Shown here piece after piece: positions 61,962 to 64,000 of a stretch of 64,000 nt of DNA. Below the pieces are notes generated by a model. The model saw only the letters and a program-made list of their open reading frames with translations. It was not told where the DNA came from and searched no databases. The stretch lies in assembly GCA_965206595.1 (NCBI GenBank), contig OZ242214.1, positions 5,504,001 through 5,568,000 of the forward strand. The letters are read 5' to 3'. Made by a program: the position numbers and the translations under genes. Positions within the stretch are counted from its first letter, which is position 1. Each line of letters opens with the position of its first letter. This DNA is from Candidatus Latescibacterota bacterium (GTDB taxonomy: Bacteria > Latescibacterota > UBA2968 > UBA8231).

Positions 61962-62157
61962 CTCCCGCCCCCTCCCGGGTGCGAACATCGGCGGTTCTGC
62001 TTACCTTTCGGGTGCCGCAGAACCCCTTGTTTCCCATCCCCCGGAGACCCGCGGCGCAACCCCCCCGACATTGCGTCTTCCGCCAGGTTCTCCCCCCGTT
62101 CCGGCGCGAGGAATTCGCACTCCCCACACCCGACCTTCATCGACGGAGTAGTGTGGA

Positions 62158-64000
62158 ATGGCCACAACCGCGGATCGCTTTGTCTCCGGAAAAAAGCGAG
62201 CCCATGTCAGCGGCGTTCTGCTGGCGGCCCTCGGCATCTTCCTGCTGATCAGCCTGGCGACCCATTCGGATTTCGACCCCCCGACCTCCAGCCGGGAACG
62301 GGTGGAGAGCTTCAACTGGGGGGGCAGAATCGGCGCCTGGTTCTCCTACGCAACACTCAACGCCGTCGGCTACGCCGCCTACGTGCTGCCGGTCCTGGGT
62401 CTGCTGTGGGGTTGGCACCAGTCCACGGGGCTGCCTCTGCGCACCGCGCTGATGCGTTCGGGGGGCCTGCTGGGGTTGGGGCTGATCGCCAGCGTCGCTT
62501 CCGGCCTGCCCCACTACTCGCGCTACACGGCATTCGAAATCGGCGGATGGTTCGGAACCGAGATCAGCGCCCGTCTGCTCATCCCCTACATCGGCCGCCC
62601 CGGCTCCGTCGTGCTGCTGTCGGGGCTTCTGGTCGCTTCCCTACTGGTCGCCACCGACATCAGGAGGCGTCACTGCCTGGCCCCGTTCAAGGCCCTGGGG
62701 ACTGCGCTGAAAACCATTGCCAGGTGGTTGTCGCGCCGCTCGACCCGCCGTCCGCCCGCTTACGCGAAGGTCGAGACCGCCCCCGTGCCGGAGAACCGGC
62801 AGCTGCCCGAACCCATGCCCCGGGTGACCCGGGAAAAGAGCGGGGCCGGCGAAGACTCCGTGCCGCTGCAGGCTCCGGTCCGGGAGCGCGCCCCCGAGCC
62901 GCTCGGGGAGAGCGCCGTGGAGCCGGTTCCCGAGCCCCCCTCCGAGCCGCTCGTCGTCGAGCCCGCGGCCTCGTCCAACGGCGAGGGCCGCCAATCCGGG
63001 GGCGGCGGGAGATCGGGGGAGGTCGCCTCGAACGGCGACGGAGCCGCCCGGCTTGCCGCTGGAAAGGGGTCCGGCAAGGCCCCGGCTCCGCAGCCGGCAA
63101 AGAGCGCCCCGGTGGTGGCCGGAAAGTCGGATTCCCCATCGAAGGGGGGCGATGCCTACCGGATTCCGTCCATCGACCTGCTCGATCCGACGCCGCGCGA
63201 GCGCGGCGGCATGGAGCGCGACCAGTTTCTGGAGAACGCCAAGCTGCTCGAAGAGGCAATGGGGAACTTCGACGTCACCGGGAAGGTCACTCAGGTCAGT
63301 CCCGGGCCGGTGGTCACCCGCTACGAGGTGGAGCCGGCTCCGGGAGTCAAGGTCAACCGCATCGTCACCCTGTCCGACGACCTCGCCCGCGTCATGAGCG
63401 CCAAGGGGATCCGCATTCAGGCCCCCGTGCCCGGCAGATCGGTGGTCGGCGTGGAGATCGCAAACCAGAAGCAGGAGACCGTCTACCTGCGGGAAATCGT
63501 CGAGTCGGAGGAGTTCCGCAACTGCACAGCCACGCTCCCCATGGCTCTGGGCAAGACCATTTCCGGGGAGCCCCTGATCGCCGATCTCGCGCGCATGCCC
63601 CACCTGCTGGTCGCCGGCGCCACCGGGTCCGGCAAGAGCGTCTGCATCAACAGCCTGATTTCGAGCATCCTCTTCAAGGCCACGCCGGACCAGGTGCGCC
63701 TGCTGATGGTGGACCCGAAGGTCGTCGAGCTCACCGTGTACAACGACATCCCGCACCTCCTTGTCCCGGTGGTGACCGAGCCGAAGAAAGCCTCCGAGGC
63801 GCTCAAGTGGGCGGTCGCCGAAATGGAGTCGCGCTACCAGCTCCTGGCCAAGCTGGGCGTGCGTCACCTCGACGACTACAACCGCAAGGTGGAGAACCTG
63901 AGCGACGACGACGTCCCCCCGGACGACCGGCCCAGGACCCTGCCCTATATCGTCGTCGTCGTCGACGAGTTCGCGGACCTGATGATCACGGCGCCGGCCG
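62158..64000 (+). CDS. ftsK: DNA translocase FtsK, runs off the right edge
   Basis: Not in the ORF track. Manual translation gives N-terminal TMs (NWGGRIGAW), a Pro-rich linker, GPVVTRYE, PHLLVAGATGSGKSV, VDPKVVEL, VVVDEFADLM. Confidence 0.95.
   Translation, partial: MATTADRFVSGKKRAHVSGVLLAALGIFLLISLATHSDFDPPTSSRERVESFNWGGRIGAWFSYATLNAVGYAAYVLPVLGLLWGWHQSTGLPLRTALMRSGGLLGLGLIASVASGLPHYSRYTAFEIGGWFGTEISARLLIPYIGRPGSVVLLSGLLVASLLVATDIRRRHCLAPFKALGTALKTIARWLSRRSTRRPPAYAKVETAPVPENRQLPEPMPRVTREKSGAGEDSVPLQAPVRERAPEPLGESAVEPVPEPPSEPLVVEPAASSNGEGRQSGGGGRSGEVASNGDGAARLAAGKGSGKAPAPQPAKSAPVVAGKSDSPSKGGDAYRIPSIDLLDPTPRERGGMERDQFLENAKLLEEAMGNFDVTGKVTQVSPGPVVTRYEVEPAPGVKVNRIVTLSDDLARVMSAKGIRIQAPVPGRSVVGVEIANQKQETVYLREIVESEEFRNCTATLPMALGKTISGEPLIADLARMPHLLVAGATGSGKSVCINSLISSILFKATPDQVRLLMVDPKVVELTVYNDIPHLLVPVVTEPKKASEALKWAVAEMESRYQLLAKLGVRHLDDYNRKVENLSDDDVPPDDRPRTLPYIVVVVDEFADLMITAPA

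Overview
GC-rich bacterial chromosome segment with no rRNA, tRNA, CRISPR array, integrase or transposase that I can recognise. Gene content (secreted proteins with an NYPNPFNP FlgD-Ig/T9SS-type sorting domain, dockerin-like and YWTD repeats, many BNR beta-propellers) suggests an FCB-superphylum organism such as Ca. Latescibacterota, possibly host-associated; this is inference. Layout: 1-16.8 kb catabolic region (GH88-like enzyme, beta-propeller and TIM-barrel hydrolases, OYE oxidoreductase, NCS1 permease, ThDP enzyme, enolase-superfamily enzyme, deletion scars). 16.9-31.1 kb mixed genes (cnoX, PLP aldolase, GT4, aquaporin-arsC, Zn-ADH/phnA/phnY phosphonate catabolism, guaB, rdgB, TPR). 31.2-48.6 kb surface-glycan region, AT-richer on its left side, containing a YWTD-repeat secreted protein and hisG-hisD-hisB. 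49.1-56.2 kb tandem promoters ahead of a giant surface-protein gene (5' two-thirds broken by many indels) and a second sorting-domain protein. 56.2-64 kb moaD-moaE, a phosphatase, a Zn-ribbon protein, a YbbR-like gene, tsaD, a vWA protein and partial ftsK. The best candidate for an undescribed system is a cohesin/dockerin-like, sorting-domain-linked and possibly glycosylated surface scaffold. The second is an ADH-PhnY-PhnA route for hydroxyethylphosphonate. All domain calls are by-eye motif recognition, not database searches.
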